NCBI RefSeq assembly: GCF_000281045.1
Contig: NW_008246097.1
Coordinates: 172,530 to 236,529 of the forward strand
Direction: 5' to 3'
DNA: 64,000 bases
DNA from: Saprolegnia diclina VS20
Lineage: Eukaryota
In this document: piece by piece, positions 12,356-23,661 of the stretch
Numbering within the stretch: position 1 is the first letter of the stretch
Layout: every line of letters begins with the position of its first letter
Made by a program: the position numbers and the translations under genes
Notes under the pieces: model-generated
What the model was told of the DNA's origin: nothing
Database searches by the model: none
Seen by the model: only the letters and a program-made list of their open reading frames with translations

Positions 12356-13290
12356 ATGGTCAAGCAGGGCAGCGGGAAGCGCCACCGGTCGACCGAGTAC
12401 GAGAGCGCGATCCACCAAGCGGTCTCGATGCGCGAGATGCTGCCGACGCCGCCGATGCTCAAGCGCATGAAGTCGGCCGAGTGGACGCACGAGATCCAGC
12501 CCGCGAGCGCGACGAGCACGCCATCGTCGGTGCGCAGCATGGACACGGGCGAGGTCCAGTCGTACCCCGTCGCGTCGACTCCGTCGTCGGTCAAGAGCAT
12601 GGACACGGGTGACACGATGCACCACAACGTCTACTGCGCGCCGACGCCGTACGGCCCGTCGGCGGTCATGGCCCCGACGCCAACGTATGCGACGCCGACA
12701 CAGCCTCCGCACCAGCTGCGCCGCACTAAATCGGAGCCCAAGCACCAGCTCGAGAAGCACGCGCAAGCGCATGCCCAGGCGCACCGCCAGCAGCTCCACC
12801 GCGCGCCGTCCGACCCGACCGCGGACACGGCGGCCCGCATGTGGAACTTTGAGAATTGGGAGTGCGGCAGTCGGTACGCCTTTGTGCGCCCGATGGGCCA
12901 AGGCTCGTACGGCCAGGTACGCCCTTGCGACAACCATTTGTCTCTCACGCGACTGTGCTTAGGTCGCGGAAGCGTACGACACGGTCATGAACCGAAGGGT
13001 CGCGATCAAGCGCGTGATCAGCGTCTTTGACCGCGCGCAGGACTGCGTCCGCCTCTACCGCGAGATTTACATTTTGCGGCACCTTCGCCATGCCAACGTG
13101 ATTGCGCTCGTCGACGTGATCTTGCCGCCGAGCGATCTCTCGCGCTTCAACGACCTCTACCTCGTGTTTGAGTACGCCGACACGGACCTCCAGAAGCTCT
13201 TTTGCCTTCCACAATACCTCAACATCCGCCACGTCCAAGTGTTTCTGCACCAGCTTTTGCGGGGCCTCAAGTACCTCCAGCTCTGCCACG

Positions 13291-13324
<34 letters not shown>

Positions 13325-14358
13325 TCTCAACGAAGATCTCTCGCTCAAGATTTGCGACTTTGGCCTCGCCCGCGTGTACGAGTCGACCGAAGACCAAGAG
13401 CAGCCGGCGCAGTCGGCGTCGACGCGCGACTCGTTCAACGACGCCGGCGACGGCCATGCCCCCAAGGTACGTCCGTCCTCGCTTTCCAGCGTCTCCTCAT
13501 ACTTCTCAGCTCATGCACCGCCAAATGACGCGCCACGTCGTCTCCCGATTCTACCGCGCCCCGGAGCTCATCTTGCTCCAGGTGCGAACTAATACCATCT
13601 CCCGTGTCGCATGCCCAATGTACCGTGTAGGACTATGGCCACCCCGTGGATATGTGGAGCGTCGGCTGCATCTTTGGCGAGCTCCTCAACATGCAGCAGG
13701 AAAACTGCCGCCACTACCAGGTACGCCGTCGCCTCCTCTGATTTTCGTGCTCATCCGATCGTATGATAGGACCGGAAGCCCATCTTCCCCGGCCGGTCCT
13801 GCACGACGCTCAGTCCCACCGACACGTCGACGTATACAAAGGAGGTACGTTGCGGATCCTGCGACGACTAAGAGCTTAGTGTTGCGTGTCGCTAGATGGA
13901 CCAGCTCTACGTGATTTTCAACACGATCGGCACGCCGAGCGATTACGACATTGACCAAAGCGGCCGCTTCGCGCCCTTCCTGCGCCAGATCCCGAAGAAG
14001 CCGGCGATGGACCTGCGCGAGCTGTACCCCGGGGCGCCGCTCGAGGCGCTCGACCTCTTGCGCCAATGCCTCATGTTCAACCCCGCGAGCCGCATCACGG
14101 TCGACGAGGCACTCAACCACCCGTTCCTGCGCGAGGCCCGTCAAATGGGCGCGGCGGTACGATTGGAGAATGTGGACAAGTTGTCTATTTTATGTTTTGT
14201 AGCCGGTGGACCCGATGCCGCTCAAGATGCCGTTTGACGACAACGACGAGCGCTTGTCGCGGGACGAGCACAAGGCGCGCATTTACGCTGAGATTTTGAA
14301 CTTCCGCGCCGTGGCCATGGCCATGGACCGACCGCATCTCAATGGCGACACCCGGTAA
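12356..14358 (+). CDS. MAP kinase-like CMGC kinase with atypical activation loop (multi-exon)
   Basis: GQGSYGQV, VAIKR, DLYLVFEYADTDL, HRDLKPANIL, ICDFGLAR, MTRHVVSRFYRAPEL, RITVDEALNHPF. Confidence 0.88.
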
Positions 14359-14818
14359 TCATGTATTTAGCAGTATCGTCACCAAGAAAGCGCGTTGTGT
14401 ATTGTGTACAAGTTGTCTTTTCAGCGCTCCTTCCTGCACGCTCTAGCAGTCAACAAACAGAGCATAGCCTCACTTCCGACTGCTGGAAGCGACCAAATCA
14501 TGTCGATCACTTAAGGGTTTGGGTCCTCGACGAGCCGAGCGGTGTCAACTACGGCCGATCGGACGCTCTGCGTGAGGCACCTGCTCGTAGTACCGACAGC
14601 CAAACGTGCCAAGGTTGCCTGCTTGTTCGTACATGTGCTTCAGGAGATGGAGGTGGACAGTACTATCGAGGGTATGCTGGAGGGTCTGGACGAGTTGTCG
14701 CTGGGCTGGCGTTGTGGCGTGTTTTTAGCCGCGCGACCAAGATATGTGGCCGCCGGATACGAAGCGGCGAATCCGGTTGCCGCCACATCGTGGCATACAA
14801 GCATTGGCAGGTCGCCGC

Positions 14819-15240
14819 ATGAGCACGCCGGGTGTGCACGAGGTCCAAGCGACGGCGCCCGCCGGGTCGCAGACGCAGGTCGCGACGGCCGCGCACGAAG
14901 CCAGAGCGCAAGAGGTGCTGCGCCTTCGCCTCGCGCCGCGGGCCCACGTCTCGTTTGACGACTCTGCCGTCGACAATGAATTTCTGGGGCGCAAGAAGTC
15001 CAACAGTACGAGCCTCTCCATCGTCGTCGTCGTCGTCGAGCGTGCTGCTGCGTAGAGTGCTGCATCTTCCACAAGAAGCGCGAGTTTGGCGAGAGCTCGA
15101 GCGAGAGCGAGCCCGACTCGGACGACTCGAGCAGCAGCGCCGAGGCGCGACGAACAAAAAAGGTGCTGCGCGCCAAGGCCGCGCCCAAGAAGAAGAAACA
15201 CATGTGCTCCGCGCACAACTGCCCAGATACGAACCCGTAA
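14819..15240 (+). CDS. PPP1R11: Protein phosphatase 1 inhibitor-3 (Ypi1/PPP1R11 family); intron 15006-15055
   Basis: RAHVSF (RVxF-like) followed by VDNEFLGRKKSN|KCCIFHKKREFGESSSES, the Ypi1 family signature, once the 50-nt intron is removed. Confidence 0.88.
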
Positions 15241-15615
15241 TACCACCTTACGATGTCGCCGTCATGACAAGCGTCGGTGCCCTGGCTACGACGACGAAGC
15301 GTCGACGCAAAGAACCGAAGCATCGCACCGTGGTGGCACCAAGATGGCGTGATTCCTTGAAGGAACACGCCGGTGCCGGAGCATAAACACTGCATTGCGT
15401 GCGCTTGCGGCCGGCGCCTCCATCCGGCGAACGCAGATCGTAGCCACCTCTGTCACCAGATTACACCCCCAGGGGGACTTTTCTGTGGTTGTTGACATTA
15501 CGAGCATCACGCCACACGCTTACGTGATGTAGCTCACACTATACACATGCTACTTGTCGAACAGACGACAATAAGTTTAGTGTGCGACGTTTCATCGCGG
15601 TTTGAAGCGTCAGCC

Positions 15616-17024
15616 ATGCGTCGCTCGTCAGCACCGCGTACTGGCCAGAGCGCCGCCTCGCTGCAAGCCCCAGCCTCGCTCCATGGGCCGCGCGAGGTAG
15701 CGCCACCCAACACCACCGTACTGCAGCGCAAGGCGGCTCGTGGGCCCGCGCCGACTGGTCAAACCACCGCCCGTACCGACACCACCAAGGCGCTGGCAGG
15801 CGCTATGCTAGCACCTAGCGTCGCAGTGCGGCCCGCCAAGCCTCTGGCCAAGGTCAAGACGGTGGATCTATGGAACGCTAAGATCAACCGGTGTCATGAC
15901 CGCGCCGTCATTCACACCTTCCGCAACGCCGTCCTGGCTCTGGACTTGACGCTGTCTGTCGCGATCGGCGGTGGCCAATCGACAAGCCTCCTCTCGTCCA
16001 CGAGCAAGAACAATAACCATGCGACGGTGGCACTGGCGCTCACGACAGCAACCCTCCCGATCGAGCCGCACACCACGCTTCGCAAGCTCACAACCATCTC
16101 TATCGCCGCGCGATCGCCCAAGACGTTGACGTTCATCGAGGCTGCGTACCAGGTACCGTCGTCGTCGTGGCGTCTTGTGGCGACGACAGATGACGGCACC
16201 GACCTCGGCATCTACCAAGCAATGGTACCGTCGTACACGCTCATCGCGCTCGTCTGGAAGGCCGGCCTCGAAGTGCTTCGGTACCACACCTCCTTCTCCT
16301 TGCTCGATGTAGTATATAGATGTATGGACTATCTAACTAGCGTACACGCGATTGCATCGCTGCCAGCCCTCGCGACGACGCTTCTTGGACGGGTCGTCGC
16401 ACCCGTCTACGACGATGTTGACTCGCAGCACGGTTTTCATGGGTACACGATCGCCGTCACGATGCGGCAGCTGGATAGCACGGTACTCTGGGAGCACGAG
16501 TTCTACGCCGTCGACTTTGATCGTACCCAAGACGGTGCCACAGCACACCTTCTCTCGCCTGCGGTACGCAGAGCCGCTGTGTTTGCATCTGTGACGGGCG
16601 TGGGTAGGGTGCCTTCCGAGACAAGTGCCGGCTCTTGGCCGACCTGCCGCACCTCGCGATCGCTACGGATGCGTTTACAAGCCGCGCGACCCACTGTGTC
16701 CTCCTCGAGTTGGCGATGTGGGACTTTGAAAAATCGTTGCGTGCAGGTAGTTCATTCCGTTGCCGTAACGATGTGTGCAGACCCGTTGTATGGTGCTTAG
16801 CGACGAGCCACTGCGTGCTGCTACAGCGCGAACCGCAGATGGCCAATCTCGATCTGGACGTCCATAGCGCGCAGTTTCAAGACGCGATCCAGATGGGCTT
16901 CGAGACGCCGGACATGACGTGCCGTATCAACTGCGTCGCCTCAAAGAAACGTGCGCTGGTCCTGTCCGCCGTTGTCGGTCTCCGCCGGTCGTTTCTCGAG
17001 GCAACGTATGGCGTCCGCACCTAG
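15616..17024 (+). CDS. Uncharacterised protein resembling the C-terminal region of FBXO15 (multi-exon)
   Basis: DDVDSQHGFHGYTIAV, LIALVWK and LELAMWDFEK..PVVWC recall FBXO15 C-terminal motifs (from memory). No F-box recognised. Confidence 0.5.
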
Positions 17025-18286
17025 CGACCACCCGCCTCTGCACGACCGTGCTGTGCATAAGAGATACTAAACTTTGCAGATCAAAGTGTCCACGCTGCTC
17101 CACACATCGTTCGAAGGTAGGACTGATGCAGGACACATTGGTCGACTTCGTGCGCATAGTTGAGCGCCGTACCGTTTTTATCACTTTTGCGATCGCGTGG
17201 ACAAGTCGTGTTGCAGGGCTGGTTGTCGCTGCGGTTGAGCGTAATCGCTCCGTTTGCGCAGAGCTGTGATGTTAACCCGTGGGACACACCCGCTCGAAAG
17301 TGCACTTGGTCGCCAGCTGGCACGCAAAGCTTCGTGTCTGATCGAAAGATCGCCCACATGAGTGGCATCTTGCCCGATCGTCGCCACAGCATAAAGGACA
17401 TCGCGACGCTTCGGCTCGGTTCGCTCGCAGTCTTGACAGCGGTGGAGGTGCGAACCATGGCACTCGTGATGCGTTTCGGCAGGTGGACGTGTAGACCATA
17501 TGTCTACGCGGTAGTATTCTTATTTTTCGTCCGGGCCCTGTCTTTCGTTCAATTCACTAGACACGATCCACTGTAGTTATTGAAGAATATCGATGCGACG
17601 CAGGCTCACATCAGTGCCATCGCGTCTCTACGCCAAGTCGAAACGGACGATCGTCCGTGTGCGAAAGAAACGACCACGGAATGGATGGTGGGTGCGGAGG
17701 TGGAGACGGTCAAAGCGTGGGACGTACTACGTACGAGAGATTGTTGGCGTTAACGTGCAACGCGCAAAGGCCTTTACGTCTTCTCTTCGCAACGACGCCA
17801 AGACAAGAGGAGCCTACGTACGTAGTTTTAGTTTGTTCAGGTTATCCAAGCTAGTCGTAGGAACGATATCGCGATTACGGGGTATGTCAATTCATCAACA
17901 CGGCGCGACCACAGGTGGTGTGGTCGCGCCATCCTGTCCATCACCGATCGTTGCACCGGTAGGGACGGAGGAAAAAACCGCTTTTGCTGCAACGATTACT
18001 TTTTCTGTGTCTGCGTTTGGTAAACTGTGTGATTTGTGCTCCTACCGTTGTATGTCGTCGGTGCAGCCAAGGAGAAAGCTTCCATTTCGACGGCAGCGAT
18101 CCGCGTCGATCTGCGACTTGGCGACACAGCTCTTCGCCGCAAACGGGTATTGTCTCAGCGTGCTCATCTTCAACAACAGGGATTTAGCGAGATCCCACTC
18201 TTGGGTTTGCGCCGATTACTATTTGCTCAGTTGCCGATCCGCGCGCCACCGAGCACTTGCCAATACGACTACACACTCCCTCGAAA

Positions 18287-18748
18287 ATGCTCGCACCGAT
18301 GCCGCCGACGATGGACATTCTCAAGACACCGAAAGTTGTGTCGCCTTTGGGTGTTGTCGATGAGAACGTCAACCAAGGCGCGTGGTCCAAGGAAGAGCAC
18401 GAGCGGTTCTTGATCGCTGTGCAGCTCTACCCGGAAGGCCCGTGGAAGGCGGTCGCCGAGATCATCCAGACGCGCAACGCCAAGCAAGCGCAGACGCACA
18501 TGCAGAAATGCAAAGAGAAGCTCCAGCGCCGCTTCAAGCGCACGTCCAGCGCCGACTCGGACGACATTGAGCCGTATGTGATCCACCGCTCCAAGCACTC
18601 GCAAAACTTGCGCATCCCCGAGCTGCAGCCAATCCCGTTCGACCACCGGCTCGCGATGCCCGGGAGCTTGCTCAGCGACTGCTCCATCTCGATCGACGCG
18701 GCGCTCGACTTTTTCCTACAAGACATGACGACGGCGACGTCGCCGTGA
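18287..18748 (+). CDS. Single-repeat Myb/SANT transcription factor (SHAQKYF-like class)
   Basis: GAWSKEEHERFLIAVQLYPEGPWKAVAEIIQTRNAKQAQTHMQK. Confidence 0.85.
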   Translation: MLAPMPPTMDILKTPKVVSPLGVVDENVNQGAWSKEEHERFLIAVQLYPEGPWKAVAEIIQTRNAKQAQTHMQKCKEKLQRRFKRTSSADSDDIEPYVIHRSKHSQNLRIPELQPIPFDHRLAMPGSLLSDCSISIDAALDFFLQDMTTATSP

Positions 18749-20392
18749 TGCTATTTCTTACACTATTTTATTGCGCGAGGCGACGGCGACCCATCGGTAG
18801 AGCTCGTCGTCTCGTGCGCACGTGATGATATACTCAACAACGTACCCTTCTTGAAGCTTGTATTTTCCTTTTCGAATACTGTCGTCGTGCTCGATGTGGC
18901 ACCTTAGAAATCCTTTTGTCGAAAAGACTCGTGCTGTCAAATTTGGTTTCGACTGAGAGGCTAAAAGAGAACGTATCAAGTACGCTAACCCAATGCCCAC
19001 TGACGCTAACCGGTATTTCTACACCTTGAAACTCGTCATATACATTCGTGGTGCTGACGGTTCGATACTTTGATGGTATTTCAAGAACCGGTGGGCAAAT
19101 GCAGGGCAAATTTAGGGCAAATGATAGCCAAAAATGGATACTAAGCATCGATTGCGATCAAGTAAGAAACATCTGGCCCGTTTGCATCGCGTTGGCGATT
19201 TCCCGGAGGCAATAATAATATTAAAATCCGAGTTTCGCTAAATTGATACGAATTCACACATCAGCTCCCTCGAGTTGTCAGAAACCATGCACGCGTGCCG
19301 ACTCGTCGGCTTACAGAGTGTACGCCTTTTCTGTGGCCTGACGCAACTGCAGCGTCCATGACAATGCGACGGCGCTCATCAAAGTGCTCACCGTCTCTGG
19401 TGCCCTTTCTAGCTACCAAAAAGGACGTGCACGACCGCCACTGTTGCGCAAGCGGGTGGCGCTTGCGAATCACGCTCGTATTTTTACCACCAACATCACG
19501 GTACGCGTCCCATCGTTGCCGTCGACACTCGACTCGACTTCACGAGTCCAGCTGTACGCGTCGACTACGAAATGCGACGACGACTTGGGTGCGAGTAGAT
19601 TGAGGAAGGAGCACATCAATTCGTCGTTGACGCGACACCGACGACCCGTGTACGCAACGAACGCCAAACTTCCGTCGACAGCCTCGCCGTGTCAACGGGT
19701 GGTATAGTACTGTACTACATTTGATGGATGCTGTGCAAAACCAAGCGCAAAACCCGACCAAGGTTGCTGCTTCAATCGACCAAACAGTACTCGTCGTATC
19801 GCACCCATCGGCTTGTCAGCTCCCACGGTACCCGGAACTTGGCAATGTGAAACCATGAAGTGTCTTTGACGCGCCATCGTTGCACGCTCGTGGCGTCGTC
19901 ACCGCGACGACGAACGCCATCGAACGCGATCGGGTTCTATAGTACAAACCTTGGACGGCATCATCGTGCGCCACTCGACTCTTCCCGGCCATTTGGGGAT
20001 TTTGGGTCGCCACAACGATATTTGCTGTGGCAAAGTGATTTTCAAGAATAGCTGCTGCAATGGCAATCTGGCGGATGTGTATGTTTTTGCCAACACGTTT
20101 GTAGGCAGTAAGTAGGACGCCGACGCTAGTTCGTATGATAGTAGGAACTGGCGGCTTAGATTCGCCAAAGACATGGCTCGCAAGGTCGAACAGGACGACT
20201 AATGACTCATTCAAACCTTGAGCCTGATCCTGTGACCAGCAGCGGTCGCCCTGGCGCCATGCATATCAGGCCCGCTCGTCCGTCTACTACATATCGACGC
20301 GGGTCGACGGCGGTTGCTTGCCCACATGGCCATGCCGGTGTACGTATACTTGTAGCAGCGTTATCTTTGCGCCAGCTGCGCCGCCTCCCCGT

Positions 20393-20446
20393 CTACAGCT
20401 CGCCTTCGGTTCTGCAGCTCGCCTTCGGTTCTGCAGCTCGCCTTCC
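20393..20446 (+). repeat. 19-nt tandem repeat, about 3 copies (ctRcagctcgccttcggtt)
   Basis: Units read directly at 20393, 20412 and 20431. Confidence 0.8.
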
Positions 20447-20680
20447 GCTCACGCGCGACGAGCACCGACGCGCCTTGCTCTATTGCCAGCTAAAGTAATA
20501 CATCGTTGCAAGCCAACTATGTTCAGGAACTGCTATGGTTGGTCACGTTGCGGGACCAGCCTCGCGGGCAGCCGATCCGTGGAGACGGCGAGGTGCCACG
20601 GCCGCCGCCAGCCGACGCCATGATCCTTGAACCTCTCCACAGATTCAGTTTTGCACTGCCCAAGCACGATCGCGTCGCGC

Positions 20681-21088
20681 ATGCTTCCCCCACCATCGCC
20701 GTCGTCGGAGACCGTCTCCAAGAAGCGGCCGCGCGAGACGAACGAGGGCGCGTGGTCGGCCGACGAGCACGAGCGCTTCCTCATGGCGCTCCAGCTCTAC
20801 CCAGAAGGCCCGTGGAAGGCGATCGCAGAGATCGTCCAGACGCGCAACGCCAAGCAGACGCAGACACACATGCAGAAATGCAAAGAGAAGCTTGTGCGCC
20901 AGCACCGGCGCGACCACGCCGACGACGAGCCGCTCACGTGCGCCCGCTCCAAGCACTCGGCCAACCTCAAGGTACCCGCGATCGAGCCGATTCCGTTCAC
21001 TGCGCCCAGCGCGTCACTCGACGACGTCGTGACCGACCTCCCGCTCGAAGACGCACTCGACTTCTTCTGCAACCTCCCCAACGCATGA
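20681..21088 (+). CDS. Single-repeat Myb/SANT transcription factor, paralogue of 18287-18748
   Basis: GAWSADEHERFLMALQLYPEGPWKAIAEIVQTRNAKQTQTHMQK. Shares the SKHS.NL, PIPF and ALDFF motifs with the upstream copy. Confidence 0.85.
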   Translation: MLPPPSPSSETVSKKRPRETNEGAWSADEHERFLMALQLYPEGPWKAIAEIVQTRNAKQTQTHMQKCKEKLVRQHRRDHADDEPLTCARSKHSANLKVPAIEPIPFTAPSASLDDVVTDLPLEDALDFFCNLPNA

Positions 21089-21985
21089 CCGCCCACAACC
21101 CTTTCTTGATGTCTCCTCTTGTTGACTTCCTTGTGTAATGTGACGTATTCTTGCTTCGACTCCGCTATGGGCGCTCGCATGGCGTGGATGGCGCTCAACG
21201 GGATAGCAACCAGGTCGATGGGCGCATCTCAAGCCCTCGGGTGCATACGCTGTGACACTGCAACGTCACCAGTATCTTGCTGCCAGTCCGAGACGCAAGG
21301 TGAATCGTGGAACTTCAGGAATCGGCCTGAGCGACGACACCATGGTATCAATATCGTCGTTGATACATCGAGCGGGTCACGACCTCATCAAGTCTGCGAC
21401 CACCATCCCAGAGACTTGCCACGTGCTGTTGTCGCCGTCAAGATACAGGTGGCACCTTGCCGATTCCCTTGAGTGCACTCGGTGGGTTTCCGCTTCGAGC
21501 CCCGCAGGTGGTGGGTGACCCGTTCTTTCTCCTTGGCATCGGAACTACCTCGGCGGCTCTGGACGAACCACCGCTGCCACCCCAGCCAGCGTGCGCAGCG
21601 GTTGTGGTGCTTGCGCGATACCATGTCGAGCACAATGCATCGTCGTCACCGTTGCATCGTATCGCTCTGCCTAGTACGCGACCGCAGCGCCTCGTACGAC
21701 GCCACGCAGGACGCTTTACGATAAGAACCGAGTGTGTGGAGTAAGAAGAAATGGCGGCGTTGCCAGCTGCCACGTGTGCCTCGCTCAAGTGCGATTTGAT
21801 TAGGTACGCCCGTTTGAAATACCTTGGTGTTTGTATACTGACGCCAGCGGGGAACTGCCGTGGCGAAGCGCGTGGTCGCCCTCAAATCTGGCGAACTTCA
21901 AATCGGACGTGCAAAATATATTTTATGACTTGGAGTTTGTAAAAGATAGTATGTCTTTTAATAAAACGCCCTTGGACGGCCACCG

Positions 21986-22001
21986 GTCAATTCCTCATTT
22001 G
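21986..22001 (+). promoter_or_regulatory. Oomycete Inr/FPR-like core promoter
   Basis: TCAATTCCTCATTTGC lies about 30 nt upstream of ATG 22015 and resembles the oomycete Inr (YCATTYY) plus FPR (MWTTTNC) consensus. Confidence 0.5.
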
Positions 22002-22014
22002 CGGAGACGCGGCG

Positions 22015-23622
22015 ATGGCAAGTCGGACTGCGCTCGCCGTGTGCGTCATGGACGGCGAGACCGTGCTGCAGCGCTCGATCACGCAGATCCTGCCGAGCAT
22101 GACCTTCCACGAGATCCTCGCGGCCTTCGCCGGCGGGCGCTTCGCCGCCTGCGTCGCCGACACCCAGGTCAAAGTCGGCGACGCTACCTCCAAGTACGCC
22201 AACATGCACACGGAGATGGACGAGGCCGACATGCACATGACGTTCGAGGCCACGCTCGACATTGTCGGCGAGATCAAGAAGATCGTGTACCTCCTTGGCG
22301 TCGCGCCAACGCCGCCCGTGACCGCGGCGCCGGCGAACGAAGCGGTGTCGTTGCCGCCGCCTCCGCCCGCCATCCCGTACGTGCAGCGCGTCCGTAGCCG
22401 CAAGCCCAGCGAGTCGGGACAGACGTCCGTGGCCAAGCAGCGTGTCTTGACCGAGGTCGCAACCATCATTTACGAAAACCTGCCCGCCGACACCAAGTAC
22501 GTCCACCTTCCGTCCAAGTACACGGTGCCGAGCGAGCCGCCGTTCCCCGCCCATCTGCACGGCGCGACCCTCGACATTGCGCTCTTTCGCGAATGGTACC
22601 GCAAGCGCCGCCTCGAGCCCGACGTCGTCGAGGTCCTTGACGCGCTCCACTTTGTCTGGGACCTGAACCAGTTCAAGTGGGATCTCCATCTGCGCTGCTT
22701 GCAGACGTTCCGGGCGCTCAAAGGCCACCTCCGCGTGCCCGATCGGTTCGTCGTGCCGGCCGACGACCCAGCGTGGCCGAAGGACCTCGTCGGAATCCAT
22801 CTCGGGCACGTCGTGCACAACATTCGCGGCTACGGCATGGAGAGCAAGCAGGCGCGGTCGAAGGAGCTCGAGGCGCTCGGGTTCATCTGGGACAGCCACG
22901 AGGCCACGTTCCAGTCGCACCTTGTCGCGCTCAAGCGCTTCAAGGAGCTCCACGGACACATCAAGGTGCCCCAGTTCTTTGTCGTGCCGGCCGACGACGA
23001 GACGTGGCCAGCCGAGTTTTGGGGGCTCAAGCTCGGCCGCGTCGTCATCAACTTGCGCCAGCGGCTGCCATTATTGCCCGCGTCGCGCAAGCAAGCGATG
23101 GACGAACTCGGTATGGTGTGGTGCGCGAGCAAGAAGTTTAGCTGGGAACACCGGCTCCTCGGTCTCGAGACGTACCACCGGTACTACAACCACCTCAAGG
23201 TCCCCAAGTCGTTCCAAGTGCCCGAGAACGACCCGGCGTGGCCCAAGGAGGTGTGGAACATGCAGCTCGGCTGGGTCGTCAAGGACTTGCGCAACAAGGA
23301 GCACACGATGCCGCTCGTTCGCAAGCGCAAGCTCGAGTCGATGGGGTTTGTCTGGACCGTCCATAACACCACCAAGGCGACGCCGCCGCCGACCGAGACG
23401 CCGCCATCGCTCGTTCAGGCGCTGCCCACCGGCCTCCTCACGGACAACATGATGCTCATGATGCCAACACCGACGCAGCCGATGATGCACCATCACATGC
23501 CGTTCGACCATGCGGCAGCGGCCATGCACCACCACCATCACCAGCAACAACAGCAGCAGCAGCAGCAACAGCAGCAGCTGCACCACCAGTTTCAGGTGCA
23601 CAGCCGAGGCTACAACATGTAA
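22015..23622 (+). CDS. Helicase-associated (HA) repeat protein with His/Gln-rich tail, intronless
   Basis: Three repeats of the type W..hL..L..F....GHl.VP..FvVP..D..WP......LG..V..lR.....L..lGf.W; C-terminal H6-Q12 tract. Confidence 0.8.
   Translation: MASRTALAVCVMDGETVLQRSITQILPSMTFHEILAAFAGGRFAACVADTQVKVGDATSKYANMHTEMDEADMHMTFEATLDIVGEIKKIVYLLGVAPTPPVTAAPANEAVSLPPPPPAIPYVQRVRSRKPSESGQTSVAKQRVLTEVATIIYENLPADTKYVHLPSKYTVPSEPPFPAHLHGATLDIALFREWYRKRRLEPDVVEVLDALHFVWDLNQFKWDLHLRCLQTFRALKGHLRVPDRFVVPADDPAWPKDLVGIHLGHVVHNIRGYGMESKQARSKELEALGFIWDSHEATFQSHLVALKRFKELHGHIKVPQFFVVPADDETWPAEFWGLKLGRVVINLRQRLPLLPASRKQAMDELGMVWCASKKFSWEHRLLGLETYHRYYNHLKVPKSFQVPENDPAWPKEVWNMQLGWVVKDLRNKEHTMPLVRKRKLESMGFVWTVHNTTKATPPPTETPPSLVQALPTGLLTDNMMLMMPTPTQPMMHHHMPFDHAAAAMHHHHHQQQQQQQQQQQQLHHQFQVHSRGYNM
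23527..23589 (+). repeat. CAC/CAG trinucleotide tract encoding poly-His/poly-Gln
   Basis: caccaccaccatcaccagcaacaacagcagcagcagcagcaacagcagcag read directly. Confidence 0.85.
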
Positions 23623-23661
23623 TGACAAGCAAAAATGGTTAATTTATGCGGCAAAATTACG

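Noticed and set aside
17030..18250. ORFs in the long spacer before the first Myb (e.g. 17593-18363)
   Set aside because: No codon bias or motifs; most simply read as regulatory intergenic DNA.
20393..20446. CRISPR-like array
   Set aside because: The repeats are contiguous with no spacers, there are no cas genes, and the context is eukaryotic.
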